From: Solirubrobacter sp.
GTDB lineage: Bacteria; Actinomycetota; Thermoleophilia; Solirubrobacterales; Solirubrobacteraceae
DNA: 64,000 nt
Assembly (NCBI GenBank): GCA_035555675.1
Contig: DATMGH010000067.1
Coordinates: forward strand, 61,442 to 125,441
Direction of reading: 5' to 3'
Under the pieces are notes generated by a model that was not told the DNA's origin, ran no database searches, and saw only the letters and a list, made by a program, of their open reading frames with translations. The position numbers and the translations under genes were made by a program. This document shows, one piece after another, positions 36,305-44,365 of the stretch (the first letter of the stretch is position 1; each line of letters begins with the position of its first letter).

Positions 36305-37093
36305 GTGATCTCAGCGCTGCTCGCCCGGATCGGGCTGGACGAGATGCCGGCGGCGGACGTGCGCGGGCTGTTCACGCTGCACCGGGCGTTCCTGGAGCGC
36401 GTCCCGTACGAGGATCTCGCGGTGCAGCTGGGGGAGAGCTCGCCGCTGTCGGAGCCGTCGTTGTTCGCGCGGCTGCTGGCCGACGGGCGGGGCGGCTACT
36501 GCTTCGAGCTCAACACGGTGCTGGCGGCGCTGCTGCGCGCGTGCGGGTTCTCGGTGACGATGCACCAGGCCGTGGTCGACGGGCCGGGGCCGACGAACCA
36601 CATGGCGCTGGTCGTCGACGGTGCGTGGCTGGCGGACGCCGGGCTGGGGGAGGGGTTCCTCGACCCGCTGCCGCTGGTCGACGGTGCGCACGCGGTCGGG
36701 CCGTTCACGTACCGGGTCGCGCGGGTGCCCGGCGGCTGGCGGGTGGAGCAGCACGAGTGGGGCTCGTTGCGGTCCTTCACGTTCTCGGAGACGGTGGCGG
36801 TGGTCGAGGACTTCGCGGCGCACCACCGGCGCCTGTCGTCCGATCCGGCGTCGAGCTTCGTCCGCACGCTGGTTGTCCAGCGGCCGCTGGAGGACCGCAT
36901 CGTCACGCTGCGGTCCCGGACGCTGACGGCGCGCGGGCCGGACGTGAACACGCGACGGCTGCTGACGTCCAGCGACGAGCTCGCGTCCGCGCTCGAGTCC
37001 TCGTTCGGCATCACCGTCGGTGGCCCGCGCCTGGCCCGGCTCTGGGAGCTGGCGGCCGAGCAGCACGCGGCGTTCGAGGCGCGCGCCGCATGA
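36305..37093 (+). CDS. Arylamine N-acetyltransferase family protein
   Basis: VPYEDL, RGGYCFELN, NHMAL, ADAGLG (Cys-His-Asp triad). Confidence 0.92.
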   Translation: MISALLARIGLDEMPAADVRGLFTLHRAFLERVPYEDLAVQLGESSPLSEPSLFARLLADGRGGYCFELNTVLAALLRACGFSVTMHQAVVDGPGPTNHMALVVDGAWLADAGLGEGFLDPLPLVDGAHAVGPFTYRVARVPGGWRVEQHEWGSLRSFTFSETVAVVEDFAAHHRRLSSDPASSFVRTLVVQRPLEDRIVTLRSRTLTARGPDVNTRRLLTSSDELASALESSFGITVGGPRLARLWELAAEQHAAFEARAA

Positions 37094-37965
37094 CGCGCGT
37101 CGCCACCCATCCCGGCGGCTTCCACGCCGACGACGTGTTCGCGGTCGCCGTGCTCGGCCTCGCGCACGGGGCGCTGGAGGTCGTGCGGACGCGCGAGGAG
37201 GCGCGGCTCGCCGAGGCCGCGTTCCGCGTCGACGTCGGCGGGCGGTTCGACGCGGCGAGCGGCGACTTCGACCATCACCAGCGCGGCGGCGCGGGCGAGC
37301 GGGCGAACGGCGTCCGCTACGCGAGCTTCGGGCTCGTCTGGCGTGAGTACGGCGCGGCGCTGGCCGGGTCCGAGGACGCTGCGCGGGCGATCGACGAGCG
37401 GCTCGTCCAGGGCGTCGACGCGAACGACACCGGCCAGACGATCTCCACCGCGCTCGTCGAGGGCATCCGCCCGCTGTCGGTCAGCGGCGCGATCGCCGCC
37501 ATGAACGTGCTCTGGGACGAGCAGGCGGACGAGGACGCGCGCTTTCTCGAGGCCGTGGATTGGGCGACCGGCGTCCTCGAGCGCGAGCTGGCGGGCGCCC
37601 GGGCGTTCCAGCGTGCCCAGACCCTCGTGCGCGAGGCGATCGCCCGCGCCGAGGACCCGCGCGTGATCGAGCTCGACCGCAAGCTCCCCTGGCACGAGGC
37701 CGTCGTCACCGCCGCGCCGGCGGCGTTGTACGTCGTGTATCCGAAGAGCGACGGCTGGGCGCTGATGGCGGTGCCGCGCGCGCTCGGCGAGTTCGAGAAC
37801 CGCCGCGACCTCCCGGCCGCCTGGGCGGGCCTCTCCGGCCCGCAGCTCGTCGCGACCACCGGCGTCCCCGACGCCCTGTTCGCGCACGCGAAGCGCTTCT
37901 ACGCCTCCGCCGCCTCGCGCGACGGCGTCCTGGCGCTCGCGCGGTTGGCCGTGGCGGGCGAGTAG
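37090..37965 (+). CDS. MYG1-family exonuclease
   Basis: THPGGFHADD, VDVGG, FDHHQ, YASFGLVW, VDAND, FAHAKRF. Confidence 0.92.
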   Translation: MTRVATHPGGFHADDVFAVAVLGLAHGALEVVRTREEARLAEAAFRVDVGGRFDAASGDFDHHQRGGAGERANGVRYASFGLVWREYGAALAGSEDAARAIDERLVQGVDANDTGQTISTALVEGIRPLSVSGAIAAMNVLWDEQADEDARFLEAVDWATGVLERELAGARAFQRAQTLVREAIARAEDPRVIELDRKLPWHEAVVTAAPAALYVVYPKSDGWALMAVPRALGEFENRRDLPAAWAGLSGPQLVATTGVPDALFAHAKRFYASAASRDGVLALARLAVAGE

Positions 37966-37996
37966 CCGGCCGTCCGTCACTCACGCCGCGCCGGGG

Positions 37997-38027
37997 CGCC
38001 AGCGAACGGCGCAGGTGAGGGGGAGCG
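37997..38027 (-). repeat. Single inverted partial copy of the 71-bp array unit
   Basis: Reverse complement cgctccccctcacctgcgccgttcgctggcg matches the array junction cgcttcccttacctgcgccgttcgccggcg. Confidence 0.8.
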
Positions 38028-38077
38028 TCAGCCCTCGCCGCGCCGGATCTCTGCGTCGCGCGGGGGCGCCGGCGGGC

Positions 38078-38130
38078 GGGGGGTGCTGCGATCTACTTGC
38101 CTGAGGCGACAGGAGATTGGTGCACCCCCC
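38078..38130 (+). repeat. REP-like palindrome, degenerate copy (G6-TGCTGCGATCT-N19-AGATTGGTGCA-C6)
   Basis: The 19-nt loop matches the reverse complement of the 60101-60119 loop at 16 of 19 positions. Confidence 0.88.
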
Positions 38131-38184
38131 CGAAATGGGGGAGAGCCGGGCGACGTCCGCGCGGCCGACACGCGCGGCTCGTCG

Positions 38185-39426
38185 CTACTCGTTCGCCCCC
38201 GCCGCCACGAGCTCGTCGAGCGCGGCCAAATGCCCCCGGACCCGCTCGACCATCGACTCGAGCACCGCCCGCGCCTGCTCGATCCCTCCGGCCGCGTTGG
38301 TCAGATGCAGCTTGATCCGGCGCACGTCGTCCATCGCGCCCAGCGCCCGCTCGACCTCGGCGCGCAGCGCCGCCGAGTCCAGCCCCTCGACGCCCCCGCG
38401 CGCCATCAGGACGCGCGCCCGGGCCAGGGAGTACGCGACCTGGAGCGAGAGCGCGGAGCCCTCGTCCGGGTCGAAGACCACGAACAGCTTGTCCCCGCCC
38501 ACTTCCCGCAGCTCGACCGCCCGCGCCGGCAGCAGCGACGCCGAGGGCACGACCCAGACGCCGTAGTCCGCGCCCCGCTGCTCCATCGCCGCGCCCAGCT
38601 CGACCAGCGCCTCCGACCGCGAGCGGCGGGAGTGCTTGGCCTCGAAGACGATCCGCCCCCGCGGGGCGCCCGAGGCGCCTTCGATGTCCACGACCACGTC
38701 GCCCTTGCGCCCACCGGCGCCGCGCACGTCCCCGACCGCGTCGCAATCGTCGCCCATGCCGTGCGCGATCGCGTCGACCGCCTCCGCGACCGCCTCCTCG
38801 TACGGCCGCCCCTTAGCCGTCCCGCGCGCCGCCTCGGCCGCCACCGACGCCGCCTTCTCCCGCTCGGACCGCAGCGACGCCAGCTCCAGCTTCAAGGCGA
38901 CCATCTCCGACCGCATGCTCTCCAGCTGCGTCTCCTGCCGCGCCGCGGCCTCCCGCGCCGCGCGCAGGTGCGCCGCCTTGAAGTCCGCCAGCGGGTTCGA
39001 CCCGTCCGCGGACGAGAACTGCCGCAGCAGGTCCTCCCGCATCCGCGCCGACTGCTCGGTCATGACCGACCGCAGCTGGTGCTGCACGGCGGCTGAGGAC
39101 TCGTCCCCGAACAGCCGTGCGAGCTCGCGCGCCAGCACTCCGTTCTCGGCCCCGAAGACCTCGTCGACCTTCGACCCGAAGAACTCGGCCACCACGCGGG
39201 CACGGTCCGTGAACGCCCCCTCGACCTCCCGCGAGACCTTCTCGAACTCGTTGCGCACGAAGGACGCGTCCACCGCGTGCTGCTCGCGCTCGAGCACCCG
39301 CGCCCCGATCTCGATCGCGTCCGAGACCACCCGGACCGGGTCCTCGCCCGCCTCCAGCCGCGCGTCGACGAACGACGCCGTCGCCGGGTCGTCGACGACG
39401 ACGTTCTCGACGATCACACGCCCCAT
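38185..39426 (-). CDS. Coiled-coil protein with a putative PD-(D/E)XK nuclease core (RmuC/DUF2130-like architecture)
   Basis: Long helical N-terminal half, then KGRPYEE..KGDVVV..IVFEAK, then a C-terminal coiled coil. Confidence 0.65.
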   Translation of the reverse strand: MGRVIVENVVVDDPATASFVDARLEAGEDPVRVVSDAIEIGARVLEREQHAVDASFVRNEFEKVSREVEGAFTDRARVVAEFFGSKVDEVFGAENGVLARELARLFGDESSAAVQHQLRSVMTEQSARMREDLLRQFSSADGSNPLADFKAAHLRAAREAAARQETQLESMRSEMVALKLELASLRSEREKAASVAAEAARGTAKGRPYEEAVAEAVDAIAHGMGDDCDAVGDVRGAGGRKGDVVVDIEGASGAPRGRIVFEAKHSRRSRSEALVELGAAMEQRGADYGVWVVPSASLLPARAVELREVGGDKLFVVFDPDEGSALSLQVAYSLARARVLMARGGVEGLDSAALRAEVERALGAMDDVRRIKLHLTNAAGGIEQARAVLESMVERVRGHLAALDELVAAGANE

Positions 39427-39503
39427 CAGGACGTGGACCCGGGGATGGCGAAGCGGTGTGGCGGCCTCCACGCACACCACGGTACGCCCGCCACCCGACG
39501 GAA

Positions 39504-39776
39504 TCAGCGGACCGAGAACCCCGAGAGCCCCGCGACCGGCTCGGCCTCCACGACAACCGACGTCACACGAGCCTGCCCCGGCCCCTCCCGCACGAACGCC
39601 TCCAGCGCGGCGACAGCCTCAGCCGCGCCCTCGAAGACGCACTCGACCGTCCCGTCCGCACGATTCTCCGCCCACCCCGACACCCCGCGCCGCGACGCCT
39701 CCCGCCGCGTCGACTCCCGGAAGAAGACGCCCTGCACACGCCCCGAAGCGACCACGCGGATGCGACGAAGACCCAT
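39504..39776 (-). CDS. acyP: Acylphosphatase
   Basis: SGRVQGVFFR, GWAEN..DGTVE, GP..ARV. Confidence 0.95.
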   Translation of the reverse strand: MGLRRIRVVASGRVQGVFFRESTRREASRRGVSGWAENRADGTVECVFEGAAEAVAALEAFVREGPGQARVTSVVVEAEPVAGLSGFSVR

Positions 39777-39794
39777 GCCGGTACGGTAGATCGG
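39777..39794. promoter_or_regulatory. 18-bp bidirectional leaderless promoter (overlapping -10 hexamers)
   Basis: Plus-strand TACGGT is 7 nt before ATG 39795; minus-strand TACCGT is 6 nt before ATG 39776. Confidence 0.6.
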
Positions 39795-40721
39795 ATGACG
39801 GCCCTCGAGGTCGAGCTCGACGCCTGCGGCGGCGCCCAAGCGCCCGCCAGCGCCGCCGCACGGCTCAAGGAGGTGCTCACCGAAGCGCTCAAGCTCGGCC
39901 GCGCCGAGCTCGCCAAGCCGCGCTCGGGCAAGGAGACCCCGGTCGAGGTCGCGATCGCCACCCAGCACGACCATCTGCTCGCCGCGACCCCCGCGTCGGC
40001 CGCCCTGCGCGCCGACCCGGACACCGTCAGCGAGCGCGAATGGTTGCTGGTCGCCGCCGTCGCCGGCACGCTCGTCGAGCTCGCCGAGCCGGGCCCGCCG
40101 TTCAGCGCCGACGACCTCCAGCTGACCGCCGGCGAGCTCCCCGGCGGCTTCCTCGTCCTCGCCTACCCGGCCACCGCGCTCGACCCCGATTTGGTCGAGC
40201 TCGCCTTCGAGGAGCAGGCCCACCAGATCGACCGGCTGCGCGCCCAGGCCTGCGCGCTCCCGCCCGGCGTGATCGACGAGATCGCGCTCAAGCCCCCGAT
40301 CGGCGCGCGCCACCCGCTGCGGATCGCCGAGGCGGTCGCGCGCCTGGGCGGCCATCCGGCGAGCGCGTTCGACGAGCTCGAGGACGCCGTCCTGGCCCTG
40401 CTCGACCCGAGCGACGCGATCCCGACGCCCCACAACGACCCGGACCCCTCGCTGCGCGTCGCCCGCCGGATCCTCCAGCGCCTCGACGGCATGGGCAAGT
40501 GGGGCGGCTATCACACCGAGTTCACCCACCTCGCGCGCGGATTCAAGGGCAACGACCGCGCCCGCGCGCAGGACGTTGGCGAGGCACTGCTGCAGGCCGG
40601 CCTGCTGGAGGAGAAGCCGAGCGTCGGCCAGCGTCACGTCTACCTGAACCCGCGCCGCGCCGGCGAGATCCGCCGCCTGATCGAGAACGGCGAGCTCCCG
40701 GCGGGTATGAAGCTGCCGTGA
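39795..40721 (+). CDS. Hypothetical protein, possible C-terminal winged helix
   Basis: GC3-biased ORF with a -10-like hexamer upstream and GTGA coupling to the next gene; C-terminus ARRILQRLDGMGKWGGYH..LLEEKPSVGQRHVYLNP. Confidence 0.75.
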   Translation: MTALEVELDACGGAQAPASAAARLKEVLTEALKLGRAELAKPRSGKETPVEVAIATQHDHLLAATPASAALRADPDTVSEREWLLVAAVAGTLVELAEPGPPFSADDLQLTAGELPGGFLVLAYPATALDPDLVELAFEEQAHQIDRLRAQACALPPGVIDEIALKPPIGARHPLRIAEAVARLGGHPASAFDELEDAVLALLDPSDAIPTPHNDPDPSLRVARRILQRLDGMGKWGGYHTEFTHLARGFKGNDRARAQDVGEALLQAGLLEEKPSVGQRHVYLNPRRAGEIRRLIENGELPAGMKLP

Positions 40722-42301
40722 TCGGCAAGCTGCAGACGCTCGTGACGCTCACGCGCGCGGGCGTCGTGCACCCTGAGCGCCCGGACCGCGTCCTGCACAC
40801 CGCGCTCGCGCTGCTGCGCTTCGGCACCACCCCCGCCGCCGGCTACGCGGCCGCCGCCCGCAACTTCCCGCGCGAGCCGGCCGTGATCGACGAGCTCGGC
40901 ACGCTCAGCTTCTCCGAGCTCGACGCCCGCGCCAACGCGCTCGCCCGCGCCTGGGCGGCGGACGGCATCGCGCCCGGCGACGGCGTCGCGATCATGTGCC
41001 GCAACCACCGCGGCTGGATCGACGCGACGCTGGCGTGCTCGAAGCTCGGCGCGCACGCGCTCTTCCTCAACACCGCGTTCTCGGGCCCGCAGCTGGCCGA
41101 CGTCGCCAAGCGCGAGAAGCCCAAGGCGGTCGTCTTCGACGAGGAGTTCACGGACGTCCTCAAGGACGCCGCGTTCCGCCGCAAGCGCTACGTCGCCTGG
41201 CACGACGACAGGACCAGGGACCCGACGCTCGAGGCCAAGATCGAGGGCAGCAGCCCCGCGTCCCTGCCACCGCCGGAGCAGCAGGGCCGCGCGATCATCC
41301 TCACCTCCGGCACGACCGGCACCCCGAAGGGCGCGGCGCGGTCGATGCCGAAGTCGATCGACCCGATCGCCGCCCTGCTGTCCGTGATCCCGCTCCGAGC
41401 GCGCGAGAAGACGATGCTGGCCGCGCCGCTCTTCCACGCCTGGGGCTTCGCGCAGTGGGCGCTCGGGATCAGCCTCGCGAGCACGATCGTGCTCAAGCGC
41501 AAGTTCGACGAGGAGGCGACGCTCAGCCTCACCGCCCAGCACGAGTGCACGGCGCTGGTGGTCGTGCCGGTGATGATCCAGCGCATCCTCGAGCTCGACG
41601 ACGCGGTGCTCGACCGCTACGACCTGTCCCGCGTGCGCGCCGTGCCGGTCAGCGGCTCCGCGCTGCCGGGCGCGATCAGCTCCCGCTGGATGGACCACTT
41701 CGGCGAGAACCTCTACAACCTCTACGGCTCGACCGAGGTCGCCTGGGCGACGATCGCCACGCCGCGCGACCTGCGCGAGACGCCCGGGACCGTCGGCCGC
41801 CCGCCGCGCGGCAGCGTCGTGAAGATCTTCGACACGTACGGCTTCCCGGTGCCGCCGGGGGAGACGGGGCGGATCTACGTGGGCAACGACGTCCGCTTCG
41901 AGGGCTACACGGGCGGCGGCGGCAAGGACGAGCTCGAGGGCCTGCTGTCGTCCGGCGACGTCGGGCACTTCGACCGAGCGGGCCGCCTGTTCATCGACGG
42001 CCGCGACGACGACATGATCGTCTCCGGCGGCGAGAACGTCTTCCCGTCGGAGATCGAGGACCTGCTGCACGCGCACCCCGCGGTGGCCGACGTCGCGGTC
42101 TTCGGCGTCGACGACGAGCGCTTCGGCCAGCGCCTGAAGGCGGTGGTCGTCAAGCGCGGCGAGCTGACCGCGGCCGAGGTGCGGGCGTACGTCAAGGAGA
42201 ACCTCGCGGGCTACAAGGCGCCGCGTGACGTGGAGTTCGTCGCCGAGCTCCCGAGAACGGCCACGGGGAAGGTCCTTAAACGTGAGCTAAAGGCGATGTA
42301 G
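40718..42301 (+). CDS. Acyl-CoA synthetase (AMP-binding, FadD-like)
   Basis: TSGTTGTPKG, YGSTE, GD.G..D, GRDDDMIVSGGENVFP, RTATGKVLK. Confidence 0.95.
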   Translation: MIGKLQTLVTLTRAGVVHPERPDRVLHTALALLRFGTTPAAGYAAAARNFPREPAVIDELGTLSFSELDARANALARAWAADGIAPGDGVAIMCRNHRGWIDATLACSKLGAHALFLNTAFSGPQLADVAKREKPKAVVFDEEFTDVLKDAAFRRKRYVAWHDDRTRDPTLEAKIEGSSPASLPPPEQQGRAIILTSGTTGTPKGAARSMPKSIDPIAALLSVIPLRAREKTMLAAPLFHAWGFAQWALGISLASTIVLKRKFDEEATLSLTAQHECTALVVVPVMIQRILELDDAVLDRYDLSRVRAVPVSGSALPGAISSRWMDHFGENLYNLYGSTEVAWATIATPRDLRETPGTVGRPPRGSVVKIFDTYGFPVPPGETGRIYVGNDVRFEGYTGGGGKDELEGLLSSGDVGHFDRAGRLFIDGRDDDMIVSGGENVFPSEIEDLLHAHPAVADVAVFGVDDERFGQRLKAVVVKRGELTAAEVRAYVKENLAGYKAPRDVEFVAELPRTATGKVLKRELKAM

Positions 42302-42354
42302 CGTCGTCCGAGGTCCGAGCTTGCGAGGACGGAGGGCGAAATAGACTCTCTTGC

Positions 42355-42867
42355 ATGCCTACGCGCACGGACACCTACGATCTGGCGCGCCTCGGGCTCA
42401 CCTCCGGAGAGGGCCGGCGTCTCGACCTCCACGTCCACGTCGCCCCGTTCGATTACGGCGGCCAGCGCTACGCCGTCGAGCCGGAGCTGATCCCGGTGCG
42501 CCTCGACGTCTCCCGCACGACCGGGAACGGCTACGCCCTGCGCCTGCGCTTCAGCGCGACACTCGACGGTCCCTGCATGCGCTGCCTGGAGGCCGCGGGG
42601 CCGACGTTCGAGGTCGATGCCTACGAGGTCCACCAGCCCGGGGGCGGGGAGGAGCTGACCTCGCCCTACCTGACCGACGAGCTCGACCTGTCCGGCTGGG
42701 CGCGCGACGCGCTGGCGCTCGCGCTGCCGGCGCAGATCACCTGCCGCCCGGACTGCGCGGGCCTGTGCCCGCAGTGCGGCGCGAACCTCAACGCGGACCC
42801 TGACCACGCCCACGAGGCCGAGCCGGACGCGCGCTGGGCGAAGCTGTCCCAGCTCAAGTTCGACTAG
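42355..42867 (+). CDS. yceD: YceD/DUF177 family protein
   Basis: GPCMRCL and CRPDCAGLCPQCGANLN, D.RWAKL; directly upstream of rpmF. Confidence 0.93.
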   Translation: MPTRTDTYDLARLGLTSGEGRRLDLHVHVAPFDYGGQRYAVEPELIPVRLDVSRTTGNGYALRLRFSATLDGPCMRCLEAAGPTFEVDAYEVHQPGGGEELTSPYLTDELDLSGWARDALALALPAQITCRPDCAGLCPQCGANLNADPDHAHEAEPDARWAKLSQLKFD

Positions 42868-42889
42868 TCGCTATCCTTCCGCGCCGACT

Positions 42890-43090
42890 ATGGCCGTCCC
42901 CAAGCAGAAGCAGTCGCACGCGCGTACCTCGCAGCGACGGGCGCAGCACAAGATCACCGCGCCGTCGGTGAACAGCTGCCCGCAGTGCCGCCGGCCGCGA
43001 CGTCCCCACCGCGTGTGCCCGCACTGCGGGTTCTACGGCGGTCGCGAGGTCGTGCACGTGCACGACCACGATCACGATCACGACCACTGA
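42890..43090 (+). CDS. rpmF: 50S ribosomal protein L32 (zinc type) with a His-Asp repeat tail
   Basis: MAVPKQKQSHART..CPQC..PHRVCPHCGFYGGREV then HVHDHDHDHDH. Confidence 0.97.
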   Translation: MAVPKQKQSHARTSQRRAQHKITAPSVNSCPQCRRPRRPHRVCPHCGFYGGREVVHVHDHDHDHDH

Positions 43091-44111
43091 TCGCATCACT
43101 GTCGCGGTAGACGTCAACGGGGCCGATCTCGGCCCCGCTGAGGTCGCTCGCGGTGCCGCCCGCGCAGCCGCGGGTGGCGTCCGCGTGGTCCTGTACGGGC
43201 CCGCCGCCGAGATCGGCGACGTCGGCGACGGCGTCACCGTCGTCGACGCGCCCGTCTCGATCGCCAAGGACCCCGATCCGGCGCGCGCCGTCCGGCGCAC
43301 GCCGGAGTCCTCGATCGTGCGCGCGGTCGCCGCCGTCGCCGCGGGGGAGGCGGACGCGCTGGTCAGCGGCGGGTCGACCGGCGCCGCGCTGGCCGCCTCG
43401 CTGTTCACGTTCAAGCGCGCGCGGGGCGTGCACCGGCCCGCGCTGGCGCTGATGATCCCGGTGCCGGGCAAGCCGTTCCTGCTGCTCGACGCGGGCGCGA
43501 ACGTCGAGGTGCGGCCCGAGCACCTGGTCCAGTTCGCCCACATGGGCGCGGCGTTCATGGAGGCCGTCGCGGGCGTGGAGTCCCCGCGCGTGGCGCTGCT
43601 CTCCAACGGCACCGAGGCGACCAAGGGGCCGCCGACCGTGGTCGAGGCGCACGGGCTGCTGGCCGGGTCCGCAGGCCTGAACTTCGTCGGGAACGTCGAG
43701 GGGTTCGCGATCGGGACCGGGGATGCGGACGTGATCGTCGCCGACGGCTTCACCGGCAACGTCGCCCTGAAGGTCATGGAGGGCGCGTCGGCGGCGCTGC
43801 TGGGCGCGGTCCGGACGGCGGCGCTGTCGTCGTGGCGCTCGAAGCTCGGCGGCGTGCTGCTGCGGCCGTCGCTGCGCGGGCTGCGGTCGGAGATCTCGCC
43901 CGAGGAGCAGGGCGGCGCGGTGCTGCTCGGGCTGCGGCGGCTGGCGGTCGTCCCGCACGGCTCGTTCGGCGCGCGCGGGTTCCAGCGCGCGATCGAGGTC
44001 GCCGCCCGCGGCGTGCGCGAGGACGTGGCCGGGCGGACCCACGAGCGGCTCGCGGCGGCGGGCGCGCTGCGAAAGGCGTCCGAGCCGGCCAGTAGCGTGC
44101 CGGAGGAGTGA
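43080..44111 (+). CDS. plsX: Phosphate acyltransferase PlsX (start codon non-canonical or uncertain)
   Basis: ITVAVDVNGAD begins at 43095; SGGSTGA, RPALA, LLDAGAN, NVEG, DVIVADGFTGNV.LK. No ATG/GTG/TTG in frame between the stop at 42969 and 43185. Confidence 0.9.
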   Translation, partial: TTTDRITVAVDVNGADLGPAEVARGAARAAAGGVRVVLYGPAAEIGDVGDGVTVVDAPVSIAKDPDPARAVRRTPESSIVRAVAAVAAGEADALVSGGSTGAALAASLFTFKRARGVHRPALALMIPVPGKPFLLLDAGANVEVRPEHLVQFAHMGAAFMEAVAGVESPRVALLSNGTEATKGPPTVVEAHGLLAGSAGLNFVGNVEGFAIGTGDADVIVADGFTGNVALKVMEGASAALLGAVRTAALSSWRSKLGGVLLRPSLRGLRSEISPEEQGGAVLLGLRRLAVVPHGSFGARGFQRAIEVAARGVREDVAGRTHERLAAAGALRKASEPASSVPEE

Positions 44112-44362
44112 TGACCCGCGACGAAGTCCTCGAGCTGATCCGCGCGCACCTGGCCGACGAGCTGGCGCTCGATCCTGAGCGGATCCAGGAATCCACCCAC
44201 TTTCGCGACGACCTGTCCGCGGACTCGCTGGACCTCTACACGCTCGTGCAGGAGCTGGAGGACCAGTACGGCGTCAAGATGTCCGACGAGCAGGCGGCGC
44301 AGATCCAGACGGTCGCCCAGGCGATCGACTTCGTTCTCGCCAACGTCCCGACGAGGCCCTGA
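44108..44362 (+). CDS. acpP: Acyl carrier protein
   Basis: DL.ADSLD phosphopantetheine motif; located between plsX and rnc. Confidence 0.95.
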   Translation: MMTRDEVLELIRAHLADELALDPERIQESTHFRDDLSADSLDLYTLVQELEDQYGVKMSDEQAAQIQTVAQAIDFVLANVPTRP

Positions 44363-44365
44363 CCG

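Noticed and set aside
38636-42301. 1221-aa fusion containing the acyl-CoA synthetase
   Set aside because: The upstream part overlaps three other genes; the synthetase starts at GTG 40718, coupled to the previous stop.
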